A DNA stretch of 64,000 nt from an uncultured Gemmatimonadales bacterium (GTDB taxonomy: Bacteria > Gemmatimonadota > Gemmatimonadetes > Gemmatimonadales > GWC2-71-9): assembly GCA_963730185.1 (NCBI GenBank), contig CAVSQW010000007.1, positions 480,001 through 544,000 of the forward strand, written 5' to 3'. This document shows, piece after piece, positions 1-9,114 of the stretch. How positions within the stretch are numbered: position 1 is the first letter of the stretch; each line of letters starts with the position of its first letter. The notes under the pieces were generated by a model. The model worked only from the letters and a program-made list of their open reading frames with translations, was not told where the DNA came from and searched no databases. Position numbers and translations under genes: made by a program.

Positions 1-4
1 TAGA

Positions 5-120
5 AGAGGGGGAGGGGAGACCCGGCGGGTTGGGGGGAGACGGGGGACCGCCCCGCTCCCCCTCCCGCTGTCTCCCCCCGTCCCTCCCCGTCTCCCCCCG
101 TCTCCCCCCGTCCCTCCCCC
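5..120. repeat. G-rich arm followed by C-rich decamer tandem repeat (TCTCCCCCCG/TCCCTCCCCG)
   Basis: Directly visible; same units recur at 4703-4840. Confidence 0.8.
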
Positions 121-1115
121 TACCCCCCCAACACGAAGTAGTCATACACCGCCCGTGCCGTCTGGGCGATCGCGGCATCGAGATCGGGGCCTTCGACCTT
201 CTTCGAGTCCTTGACGTAGATCGCGATCGCCAGGTGGGTGCCATCGGGCAGGTCGATGATCCCGACGTCGTTGGCGGTGCCGGGGAAGGTGCCGGTCTTG
301 TGGGCGACCCGGGTGCCGGGTGGGAGCATCCCTTTGATTCGGGCCTTGCCGGTCTGACAGCGGTACATGATGTCGAGCATGTAGTCCCGATGGGCCGGTG
401 AGATCAACTCGCCTTTCCAGAGCCGGGTCAGGATGGTCAGCATCGCCGCCGGGCTGGTGTGGTCCTGCGGATCGTGGGCGTAGTACCACGCGGCCGAGTC
501 CTGGCGGGCCTTGCTGGTCGCGGCGATGCCCTGCTCCCAGGCCTCTTTCCGGAACTTGCCGTCCGGTCCCCAGATTCCTTTGACGCCATAAGGCTGGGCG
601 ATGATGTCGGCGGTCGGACGGTCCACTCGAATGCCGTCGATCCCGAAGCCTCGCATCCGGGCCGTCACGGCGGTCCCGCCGCCGACCAGCGAAAGCACCT
701 TGTCGGTGGCGCTGTTCTCGCTGAAGATCAGCATGTCCTCGAGGATCACCCGGAACGACAGCGACACCCCGGGCGCCTGGAAGAGATTGTTCCACTCCTC
801 GCCGATGTGAATGTCGGTGGGGTCGATGGTGATCATCCGGTCCAGGTCGAGCGTGCCCTCCTCCACCAGCTTGAAGGCGTGAATCGCGATCGGCACCTTG
901 TAGGTGCTGGCCAGCGGGTACTGCTGATCAGCCTGGCGGGCGTAGGTCTCGCCGGTCTCCAGGTGGATGGCGGCGACGCCCACCGTGCCGCCGGAAATCG
1001 GCTCGATTCGGGCGACCTCATGGTCGAGCGCCGCCAGGCGGTTCTGCGCCGCCAGCGGCGCCGCGACGGCGGTGGTACCGGCGAGGAAGAGTGAGAGCAA
1101 CGCGAGTCGCGACAT
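120..1115 (-). CDS. Class A beta-lactamase-like serine hydrolase, secreted
   Basis: ATG 1115 (MSRLALLSLFLAG, signal peptide); STYK, SEN (SDN-like) and KTGT motifs; RVDRPT at the omega-loop start. Confidence 0.85.
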   Translation of the reverse strand: MSRLALLSLFLAGTTAVAAPLAAQNRLAALDHEVARIEPISGGTVGVAAIHLETGETYARQADQQYPLASTYKVPIAIHAFKLVEEGTLDLDRMITIDPTDIHIGEEWNNLFQAPGVSLSFRVILEDMLIFSENSATDKVLSLVGGGTAVTARMRGFGIDGIRVDRPTADIIAQPYGVKGIWGPDGKFRKEAWEQGIAATSKARQDSAAWYYAHDPQDHTSPAAMLTILTRLWKGELISPAHRDYMLDIMYRCQTGKARIKGMLPPGTRVAHKTGTFPGTANDVGIIDLPDGTHLAIAIYVKDSKKVEGPDLDAAIAQTARAVYDYFVLGG

Positions 1116-1217
1116 CGGAGGGTCCTCCGGGGTGGACGGGTGGCAGGGGTGAGAGGGCGAGGCTAGGTTCGATTGTATCCTATAGTGTATACGGTGATCA
1201 TCCTGGAGGCCATTACC

Positions 1218-3554
1218 GTGCGGATCGCTCCGATCGTCGCGGGCACCGTGGCGTGTGTCCACCTGTGCGCTTCTTCCCTGGTGGGCCAGGCGCCCGTCAC
1301 GGCTCGCGACTACGCCCGGGCCGAAAGCCGGCTCCCCATCCACGCCGATTCCTTGGTGCTCCGCGACCAGGTTCAGCCCAACTGGATCGGCGGGTCCAAC
1401 CGCTTCTGGTATCGGGTCCGGACGCCGAGGGGGGCGGAGTTCGTGTACGTGGATCCGGAGCATGGCCTCCGGAGAGCCGCGTTCGACCCGGTCCGGCTCG
1501 CCAGGGCGCTCGGGCGCGCGACCGATTCGGCGTTCTCGCCCGACACCTTGCCGTTTCAGACGCTCTCCTGGGAGGAAGCCGGGGGCCGGACGGCGATCGT
1601 GATACCGATCGGGGCGAAGACCTGGCGCTGCGACCTCGGCCGCTACCGCTGTGACTCGACCGGTCGGCCGGAGCCTCGCTCGCCCGCCGAGGTCTGGTCG
1701 CCGGACTCGAGCCGGGTGGCCTTCCTCAAGGGACACGATCTCTGGCTCCGGATCGCCGCGACCGGCGAGGAGCGAGCGCTCACGACCGATGGCGCCTTCC
1801 GGTACGATTACGCCACGGCGCCGGAGGGCAGCACCCTGTTCGTAACGACCCAACGGCTGGGGCTTCCGGTGGTGCCCGGCGTGTTGTGGTCGCCCGATTC
1901 CAGGCGGCTGCTCACCTACCGGCTCGACCAGCGGGGCGTGGGAGAGTTTCACCTGGTGCAGTCGGCGATCCGGGAGGGCCACCGTCCCAAGCTCTGGTCG
2001 TTCGCGGTTCCGATCCCCGGCGACAGCGTCCTCCCGACGGCGGAGTGGGTGGTCTTCGACGCGGTGACGGGCGCGCGGACCGCGGTCGCGGCGCCGCCAG
2101 TCCTCGTCTCGATCGAGTCGCCGATCGCCTTCCGGCAGGCGTGGTGGGATGCCGACGGCCGGACGGCCTACTACGTGGACTTCGAGCGGGGAGTCCAGGC
2201 CTATCGTTTCCGGGCGATCGACGCCGCGACGGGTCAGGTGAGGACCCTGCTCGAAGAGCGCGGCCCGACCATGGTGGAGCCGACTCTGACCCTCGGTAAC
2301 CGCCCGAACATCCAGGTCATCGCCGGTGGGCGCGAGGTGGTCTGGTTTTCGGAGCGCGACGGTTGGGGCCAGCTCTACCGGTTCGAGGTGGCGACGGGTC
2401 GATTGATCAATCGGATCACCCAAGGTCCCTGGGTGGTGCGTGAGCTGCTTCGGGTCGACGAGAAGGCGGGCCGGGTCTGGTTCACGGCCGGTGGCCGGGA
2501 GCCGGGCCGCGATCCGTATTACCGCCATCTCTACTCGGTCGGTCTCGACGGAACGGACCTCCGGCTTCTCTCGCCGGAGGACGCCGAGCATGAAGTCACC
2601 CTCAGTCCCGGGGGGGACTGGGCTCTCGATCGCTACAGCCGGGTAGACCTGGCGCCGACCACCGTGCTCAGGTCCCTGGACGGAAAGACGGTGCTACCGC
2701 TCGAACGGGCGGACGTGTCCCGGCTGCTCGCGACCGGCTGGCGCTATCCCGAACGCTTCGTGACCCGGGCGGCCGACGGGGCGACCGACGTCTATGGGAT
2801 CCTCCTCCGCCCGTCGAATTTCGACTCGACCCACTCCTACCCGGTCGTGGAGGAGATCTACCCCGGGCCGCAGGCGATCAAGGTGCCGAGGGCGTTCGTC
2901 GCCGGGGGCGATCACCAGGCGATCGTCGAGCTGGGGTTCGTCGGCGTCGAGGTCGACGGTCGCGGGACGCCGTACCGCTCGAAGGCTTGGCACGACTACT
3001 CCTACCGTCATCTCGAGAACGGCGGCGGTTTGGAGGATCACGTCGCGGCGTATCGCCAACTCGGCCCCCGGTACCCGTTTCTCGACCTCGGCCGGGTCGG
3101 GATCTACGGTCACTCGGGTGGCGGGTTCGCCTCCACCCGGGCGATCCTCCTCTATCCCGATCTCTACAAGGTGGCGGTGTCGTCGTCGGGCAATCACGAT
3201 CAGCGGGGCTATGTGGCGCTCTGGGGGGAGACCTACTTCGGCCTGCCGGTCGACTCGAGCTGGAACGCCCAGGCCAACGGGTCTCTGGCCGGGCGCCTGC
3301 AAGGGAAGCTGATGCTGGCGTTCGGGGACATGGACGACAACGTGCCGCCGGCGCTCACCATCCAGGTGATCGACGCCCTGACCAAGGCCAACAAGAACTA
3401 CGATCTCCTGATCGTCCCGAACGGGCACCACGGCATGATGGCGAGCCCATACTTCATCCGGCGCCGCTGGGACTATCTCGTCCGCAATCTGCTCGGCGTC
3501 GAGCCACCCGAGTACCAAGTCACCACGGCCCCACGGATGCCGTTCGAGAAGTAG
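1218..3554 (+). CDS. S9 family dipeptidyl peptidase IV-like peptidase
   Basis: GTG 1218 after GGAGG; DPP IV N-terminal propeller (WSPD repeats); GHSGGF nucleophile, DDNV, NGHH. Confidence 0.9.
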   Translation: MRIAPIVAGTVACVHLCASSLVGQAPVTARDYARAESRLPIHADSLVLRDQVQPNWIGGSNRFWYRVRTPRGAEFVYVDPEHGLRRAAFDPVRLARALGRATDSAFSPDTLPFQTLSWEEAGGRTAIVIPIGAKTWRCDLGRYRCDSTGRPEPRSPAEVWSPDSSRVAFLKGHDLWLRIAATGEERALTTDGAFRYDYATAPEGSTLFVTTQRLGLPVVPGVLWSPDSRRLLTYRLDQRGVGEFHLVQSAIREGHRPKLWSFAVPIPGDSVLPTAEWVVFDAVTGARTAVAAPPVLVSIESPIAFRQAWWDADGRTAYYVDFERGVQAYRFRAIDAATGQVRTLLEERGPTMVEPTLTLGNRPNIQVIAGGREVVWFSERDGWGQLYRFEVATGRLINRITQGPWVVRELLRVDEKAGRVWFTAGGREPGRDPYYRHLYSVGLDGTDLRLLSPEDAEHEVTLSPGGDWALDRYSRVDLAPTTVLRSLDGKTVLPLERADVSRLLATGWRYPERFVTRAADGATDVYGILLRPSNFDSTHSYPVVEEIYPGPQAIKVPRAFVAGGDHQAIVELGFVGVEVDGRGTPYRSKAWHDYSYRHLENGGGLEDHVAAYRQLGPRYPFLDLGRVGIYGHSGGGFASTRAILLYPDLYKVAVSSSGNHDQRGYVALWGETYFGLPVDSSWNAQANGSLAGRLQGKLMLAFGDMDDNVPPALTIQVIDALTKANKNYDLLIVPNGHHGMMASPYFIRRRWDYLVRNLLGVEPPEYQVTTAPRMPFEK

Positions 3555-3601
3555 ATTCCGGCCTCCGAACCCCCTTGGACCTCAAACCGTCGGTTGTCGC
3601 C

Positions 3602-4705
3602 ATGCACCTCTCCGATCTCGAAACTCCGGTCCCGGTCGTCGATCTCGACGTGCTGGCGCAGAATCTCGACCGGATGGCCGCGTACGCGGCCGAGCACCGG
3701 TTGGGACTGCGTCCACACATCAAGACGCACAAGTCGCTCCGGATCGGCGCCGAGCAGATCCGGCGGGGCGCCATCGGCCTCACCTGTGCGACGCTCCGCG
3801 AGGCCGAGGTGATGTCGGACCTGACCGACGACATCCTGCTGGCCTATCCGCCGGTCGGCGAACCCAAGCTCCGGCGGCTGATGGCGCTGCCGTCGCATGT
3901 CCGGCCGATGGTCGCGCTCGACTCCGAGACCGCGCTCGACGGGCTGGCCAAGGCGGCTCGGGCGCACGACCGGCCGGTGCGGGTGTTGATCGAGGCGGAC
4001 TTCGGGATGCATCGGGTGGGCGTGCCGACCGTGGCCGAGGTCGTCGCGCTGGCCCGGCGGACCCGGGGACTGGCGCCGCTGGAGTTCGCCGGCGTGGCGT
4101 TCTATCCGGGGCACATCCGGCAGACGGTCGATCGGCAGACCGACGCCCTGGCCAAGCTGAACGCCGACCTGGCCGCCTTGCTCGCGGCGCTCCGCGCGGA
4201 GGGCCTGAACCCGACGATCGTGAGCGGCGGTTCCACCCCGACCGCCTTCCACGCCCACGAGATCGTGGGCCTGACCGAGTTCCGTCCCGGCACCTATGTG
4301 TACAACGACCGGTCGACTACCGCGATCGGCGCGTGCGCTCGGGAGGACTGCGCCTTCACCGTGCTCGCGACCGTCGTGAGCGTGGCCGTGCCGGGACAGG
4401 CCGTCGTGGATGCCGGCACCAAGGCGCTGGGCCGAGAGCCGCGGGACATCGAACAGACCGGGTTCGGGGAGCTGATGGCCCACCCGGAGGTCACCGTCAA
4501 GTCGATGTCGGAGGAGCACGGCATCCTCGACCTGGGCCGATCCAGCTGGGCGCCGCGGGTCGGCGACGTGGTCCGGATCATCCCGAATCACGTCTGCATC
4601 GTGACCCACCTGAACGACTTCATCTACGGGGTCCGGGGCGACGTGGTGGAGACCAACTGGCCGGTGGCGGCACGGGGAAGGGGACCAGTGGCAGCGTTGG
4701 GGTGA
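3602..4705 (+). CDS. DSD1/D-threonine aldolase family PLP enzyme (alanine racemase fold)
   Basis: ETPVPVVDLD, RPHIKTHK (PLP Lys), GGSTPT, EFRPGTY, SEEHG, PNHVC. Confidence 0.9.
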   Translation: MHLSDLETPVPVVDLDVLAQNLDRMAAYAAEHRLGLRPHIKTHKSLRIGAEQIRRGAIGLTCATLREAEVMSDLTDDILLAYPPVGEPKLRRLMALPSHVRPMVALDSETALDGLAKAARAHDRPVRVLIEADFGMHRVGVPTVAEVVALARRTRGLAPLEFAGVAFYPGHIRQTVDRQTDALAKLNADLAALLAALRAEGLNPTIVSGGSTPTAFHAHEIVGLTEFRPGTYVYNDRSTTAIGACAREDCAFTVLATVVSVAVPGQAVVDAGTKALGREPRDIEQTGFGELMAHPEVTVKSMSEEHGILDLGRSSWAPRVGDVVRIIPNHVCIVTHLNDFIYGVRGDVVETNWPVAARGRGPVAALG

Positions 4706-4840
4706 GACGGGGAGGGACGGGGAGGGATGGGGTGAGACGGGGAGAGACGGGGAGGGGTGAGGCGGACCGCGCCGGGCCACCCCTCCCCCCGTCTCCGCCC
4801 GTCTCCCCCCGTCGCCCCCCGTCCCTCCCCGTCCCTCCCT
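4703..4840. repeat. Inverted G-rich/C-rich decamer repeat element between convergent genes
   Basis: GGGGAGGGACG/GGGAGAGACG-type units, short core, then complementary CGTCTCCCCC/CGTCCCTCCC units. Confidence 0.8.
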
Positions 4841-4846
4841 ACTACA

Positions 4847-7231
4847 CTACCTCCCAACTTCGTCGAACGTCTGATTCCCGATCCGATAGTGCCGCCAGTC
4901 CTGGTAGTCGAAGTGCCACCACTCGGCCTCGTAGACCGTGAACCCCTCCGCCGTCATGGTGCGGCGCAGGAGATCGCGGAGCCAGCGCTGGCGTGAGGTC
5001 CCGCCCGGGTAGTAGGGGTAGGACCGGTTGGAGAACTCGTCGTAACTCCCCGTCATCACGACCGGCTTCCCGGTCCGGAGATCGAACAGGGTGAGATCCA
5101 CGGCGCAGCCGCGGTTGTGGCGCGAGCCTTGGGACGGGTCCGCCACGAAGGTGTGGTTCTCGGGGGCGGTGCCGTCCCAGAACATCTTGGTGACGTACCA
5201 GGGCCGATAGCCGTCGTGGATCAGAAGACCATAGCCCATCGCGTGGAGCTTCCGATTGGCCCGGGCCACCGCCTCGGCCGCGGGGCGCTGGAGAAACGCG
5301 CGGGCCTCCTGGTAGAAGGGGGTCCGGGCGAAGTTGGTGGTGCTGGCGTAGCGGATGTCGAGCTTGATCGAGGGATCGACCTTCACCAGCTCCACCAGGT
5401 CGCTGGGCCGGAAGTCTCCCTGCTCCACCGGGGGTTTCGCGGCGAGCGCTTCCTTCCGGAGCTCGTCCACCGGGCGAGTCAGGTCGATGTGGAATGCCGA
5501 TCCGTCCTCGGGACCGACGTTCCGGCGCCGGAAGACGACGTTGGCGGCGCGCACCTCGGTCGCGCGACCGGCGGCGTCGCGGCGGAACACGAGGTCCTCA
5601 CCCGGGTAGAGGCCGTATTCGGGGAACCGCCAGGTCGAGTCGTTGGTCTGGGTCAGCGGGTACTCGGTGAACCACTCGATCAGGGCGTTGAGCTTCCCGC
5701 CCCGTTCCAGGATGAAGAGCGTGTTGTGGTCCCAGCCGTACTCGCCGATCAGGCCGTGCCAGGCGGGCGGGGGGGCGGGGGGGAGCGGCGGGCGAGCCGT
5801 GTGGGAGAGGGTGTCGTCGCCGAACACGAGCCGATCGCCCAGCGGGTAGACCCGCGGGCCCCAGGCCAGCTCGTCGTCCACGATCAGGGTGTCGCCGGCC
5901 AGGCGGCGGAGGACCTTCCGGGTCTCGCCGTCCCGCTCCCAGGCGACCAGCTGGTCGGTGTGGCGGGAGAGCCGGTAGGCGGTATGGAGGTTGGCCCAGT
6001 CGCCGGCGAGGCGCGCGGCAAGCGAGTCGGGCACGGTGATGGTGGTATCCACCCCGCGGAGCGGGCGGCCCCGCTTCAGGTCTCGGAGCATGCCGAGGGC
6101 GGTGGCGCCGATCCGGCTCATGACGGCATTGACCACGTCCTTGGTGCCGACCACCGCGACCGCGAGCTTTTCGTCCGGCATCGCCATGAAGTTGGTGGCG
6201 AAGCCGTAGATCGCGCCGTCGTGCGCGACCACGAAGGTGGAGTCGTCCCGGGTCACATAGAACCCGAGGCCGAATCCGGAGCGGGTCCCGGCCGGCACGA
6301 ACTGCGGCTGCCACATCTTTTCGAGCGTTTCCCGAGACAGGACTCGCCCGTTGGCGCCTTGGCCGCGATCGAAAATGACCTGGGCGAATTGGGCCAGGTC
6401 ATTCACGGTGGAGTACATGCTTCCCGCCGGCGCCATCCCCAGCGCGAAGGTGGGCGCCGGGAACTCGCGCTCGTCGTAGGTCCACATCGTGGCTTGGGCC
6501 AGGCGCGGGCGGAGCCGGTCGTCGATCGCGAAGGCGCTCGACCCCAGGCCCATGGGCTCGAGCACGGCGTGAGCCAGGTAGGTCGCGAACGGCTCTCCCT
6601 TCACCTTCTCCAGCACATAACCCACCGTGCCGATGCCCGCGTTGGAATACTTGGTGCGTTGACCCGGCGGGTAAAACAGGCTGGTCTGATTGAGACTCGC
6701 CACCATGTGGGACAGCGTGGAATCCGACGGGTCGAAGTAGTTCCCGACCGGCGGCTCGCGGGTGAGCCCCGCCCGGTGCGACATCAGATGGCGGAGGGTG
6801 ATGTCGCCGCCGAACGGGTTGGCGGGGTGGAAGTCCGGGAGGTACGTCTGGATCGGGGCGTCGAGATCGAGCTCGCCCCGTTCGACCAGCTGCATGATCC
6901 CGATGTCGGTGAAGAGCTTCGAGACCGAGCCGATGCGATAGACCGTGTTGGCGGTGGCCGCGCTCTCGGCCGGAGCGCCGGCCGTGCCGAACCCCTGGGC
7001 CCAGATCGTCTTGGGACCGTCGATCAGCGCGATGGAGACGGCCGGGATGTGCTGGGCGGCCATCTCGTGCTCGATCAGCGCCGACATCGCCTCGGCGATC
7101 GGGGCATATTGCCCCTCGGCCGGGACGCGGTCGGGGGCGGGGCCGGCGCCGCCAGCGTCGCCGTCGCGTCCACAGGCGAGCGCGGCGAGCAGGAGCGGGG
7201 CAAGGCGAAGGGCTCGGGTCATGGGCGTCAT
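4847..7231 (-). CDS. Serine hydrolase (beta-lactamase family) fused to D-alanyl-D-alanine dipeptidase (M15D/VanX-like); lipoprotein
   Basis: LAALAC lipobox; SVSK, YSN, HDG; C-terminal DGYRP, SRHNRGCAVD, EAEWWHF; start could be 7222 or 7240. Confidence 0.85.
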   Translation of the reverse strand: MTPMTRALRLAPLLLAALACGRDGDAGGAGPAPDRVPAEGQYAPIAEAMSALIEHEMAAQHIPAVSIALIDGPKTIWAQGFGTAGAPAESAATANTVYRIGSVSKLFTDIGIMQLVERGELDLDAPIQTYLPDFHPANPFGGDITLRHLMSHRAGLTREPPVGNYFDPSDSTLSHMVASLNQTSLFYPPGQRTKYSNAGIGTVGYVLEKVKGEPFATYLAHAVLEPMGLGSSAFAIDDRLRPRLAQATMWTYDEREFPAPTFALGMAPAGSMYSTVNDLAQFAQVIFDRGQGANGRVLSRETLEKMWQPQFVPAGTRSGFGLGFYVTRDDSTFVVAHDGAIYGFATNFMAMPDEKLAVAVVGTKDVVNAVMSRIGATALGMLRDLKRGRPLRGVDTTITVPDSLAARLAGDWANLHTAYRLSRHTDQLVAWERDGETRKVLRRLAGDTLIVDDELAWGPRVYPLGDRLVFGDDTLSHTARPPLPPAPPPAWHGLIGEYGWDHNTLFILERGGKLNALIEWFTEYPLTQTNDSTWRFPEYGLYPGEDLVFRRDAAGRATEVRAANVVFRRRNVGPEDGSAFHIDLTRPVDELRKEALAAKPPVEQGDFRPSDLVELVKVDPSIKLDIRYASTTNFARTPFYQEARAFLQRPAAEAVARANRKLHAMGYGLLIHDGYRPWYVTKMFWDGTAPENHTFVADPSQGSRHNRGCAVDLTLFDLRTGKPVVMTGSYDEFSNRSYPYYPGGTSRQRWLRDLLRRTMTAEGFTVYEAEWWHFDYQDWRHYRIGNQTFDEVGR

Positions 7232-7322
7232 GGCTTGCACGTGGCCGACTTCATTCGAGAGACGGACGGATGGCGGACGGGTGACTCGGGAATCTACCCC
7301 CCACCTCGGTAGATTTCAGGCC

Positions 7323-7682
7323 ATGGAAGTGCAGATATTCGGAGTCAAGAAGAGTGCCCCGACCCGGGCGGCCCTTCGGTTCTTCGCCGAGCGGCGGATC
7401 AAGACCCACTTCGTGGACTTCGACGTGCGGGGGCCTTCGCTGGGCGAGCTCCGGCGCTTTGCCCAGCGCTTCGGCGTCCGCTCCCTGGTCGACGCCGAGT
7501 CATCCCGGTACGCCGAGCTGGGGCTGGGCGCCGCGAGCTATTCCGACGACCGCTGGCTCACCAAGCTGGTGGACGAGCCGCGACTGCTCCGGATGCCGTT
7601 GGTCCGGTGGCAACAACGTCTGACGGTCGGTCCGGACGACGCGACCTGGCGCCAGTGGCACGAGCTGGCGCGACCGTCCTGA
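7323..7682 (+). CDS. ArsC/Spx-family protein
   Basis: MEVQIFGVKKS..TRAALRFFAERRI and PRLLRMPLVR pattern; lacks CxxC. Confidence 0.7.
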   Translation: MEVQIFGVKKSAPTRAALRFFAERRIKTHFVDFDVRGPSLGELRRFAQRFGVRSLVDAESSRYAELGLGAASYSDDRWLTKLVDEPRLLRMPLVRWQQRLTVGPDDATWRQWHELARPS

Positions 7683-7702
7683 TCCTCCTCGACGAGCCCA
7701 CC

Positions 7703-8098
7703 ATGACGCGGATTCCGAAAGCAGTGCTCGCGCTCCTCCTGGCCGGCGCGGGCTCGGCGGGAGCCCAGGCCGTACCCGACTCGCTGCCCCCGACCGTGAC
7801 CGCGGCGATGGTCGCCAAGGGACGAGAGCTCTTCGTGGGGCCGGGGCTCTGCGTGGCGTGCCACGGTTTCGACGGGACCGGGGCGATCGGCCCCGATCTG
7901 ACGGACACCATGTGGCTTCACCCCGACGGGTCCTACCTCGCCCTGGTGGCGAGGATCATCCACGGCGTTCCCGACTCGGAGTCGGTCAGCGGTACGGCGA
8001 TGCCCCCCAAGGGGGGCTCGGCCCTCACCGACGACGAGGTCCGGTCGGTGGCCGCCTACGTCTGGAGTCTCTCCCGGCCGCCCAGCGGCCGCCGTTAG
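7703..8098 (+). CDS. Periplasmic monoheme cytochrome c
   Basis: Signal peptide, CVACH, GPDLTD..WLH, MPPKGG. Confidence 0.9.
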   Translation: MTRIPKAVLALLLAGAGSAGAQAVPDSLPPTVTAAMVAKGRELFVGPGLCVACHGFDGTGAIGPDLTDTMWLHPDGSYLALVARIIHGVPDSESVSGTAMPPKGGSALTDDEVRSVAAYVWSLSRPPSGRR

Positions 8099-9114
8099 GC
8101 GGCCCCCGGCCCCGGCGGGGGCCGTTCCTCCCAGTCCAGCTCGAACCGCTCCACCAGGTCGGCCGCGCCCAGCCGGGTCAGGGCCTCCAGGGCCCGAGCC
8201 CGCTCCGCGGCCGCCGACTCCGCTTGCCCGAGCGAGCGCAGCGCCAGGGCTCGAATGCCGGCCGCCTGGGCCGCGATCAGGGCGCTCCCCTGGGCGTCGG
8301 CCGCCCGGCCCACCTCGGCCGCCGCCTGGGCCGCCCGCTCCGTCTGGCCGATTTGCAGCTGAATCAGGGCCCGGAGCCGGCCGACTTCCAACAGCAGGAG
8401 CGGGTCGTCCGCGGTCCGGGCCAGGGCCTCCGCTCCGTCGAGCTTGGCCGCGGCCGCGGTGAAGTCCTGGCGCTCGATCTCGATGCCGGCGCCGCCCGCC
8501 AGGCAGAGGCCGAGGAGGTCTGGCCGCTGGCATCGCTCCGCCCGTTGGATCGCTTGATCCGCGGCATAGGTGGCGTCGCGAAGCGCGCCCAGCTGCTGGA
8601 ACCGAAGGGCGAGGTTGTGGAGGGTCTCGGCCGCGCCCCGGCAGTCGCCCGCGGCCTCGTAGGCGGAGAGCGCGCTGCGGTAGAGCCGAAGGGCCCGCTC
8701 CACCTGCCCCTGCAGGTGAGCGATGTTCGCCAGATTGTTGGTGGTGCGGGCGATCATCACCTGATCACCGAGGCGACGGGCGAGCTGACGGGCGTTCCCG
8801 AATCGAAGCTCGGCCCGGCCGATCCGGCCGCACTCGAAGTCCACCGCGCCCATGAGGTTGGTCGCCCTGAGGGCGCCGGGCTGGTCGTCCCGGTCCAGGA
8901 ACGCCTGGAGCGCCCAGTCGGCCCAGCGGCCGGCTGCTTCCAGCTGCCCCAGCCGGCCGGCCGAGCTGGCGGCGAGAAAGAGGATCTCGGGCCCCGCCGT
9001 CCGAACGTCGTCCGGCCCGAGGCCCTCGAACCGGTCCAGCACCTCTCGAAACCGGCCCGAGGCGTGGAGCAGCTCGAGCTCGAAGGGGTCGGGCCCCGAT
9101 CGGACCGAGCTCAT
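8095..9114 (-). CDS. Tetratricopeptide repeat protein (stand-alone)
   Basis: ATG 9114 overlaps the upstream TGA (ATGA); repeats NLMGAV, NNLANIA, HNLAL. Confidence 0.75.
   Translation of the reverse strand: MSSVRSGPDPFELELLHASGRFREVLDRFEGLGPDDVRTAGPEILFLAASSAGRLGQLEAAGRWADWALQAFLDRDDQPGALRATNLMGAVDFECGRIGRAELRFGNARQLARRLGDQVMIARTTNNLANIAHLQGQVERALRLYRSALSAYEAAGDCRGAAETLHNLALRFQQLGALRDATYAADQAIQRAERCQRPDLLGLCLAGGAGIEIERQDFTAAAAKLDGAEALARTADDPLLLLEVGRLRALIQLQIGQTERAAQAAAEVGRAADAQGSALIAAQAAGIRALALRSLGQAESAAAERARALEALTRLGAADLVERFELDWEERPPPGPGAA

Noticed and set aside
4703..4840. CRISPR array in the intergenic repeats
   Set aside because: Low-complexity 7-10 nt units without unique spacers; no cas genes
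4847..5500. vanX glycopeptide resistance gene
   Set aside because: Fused exported domain; no vanHA or vanRS nearby
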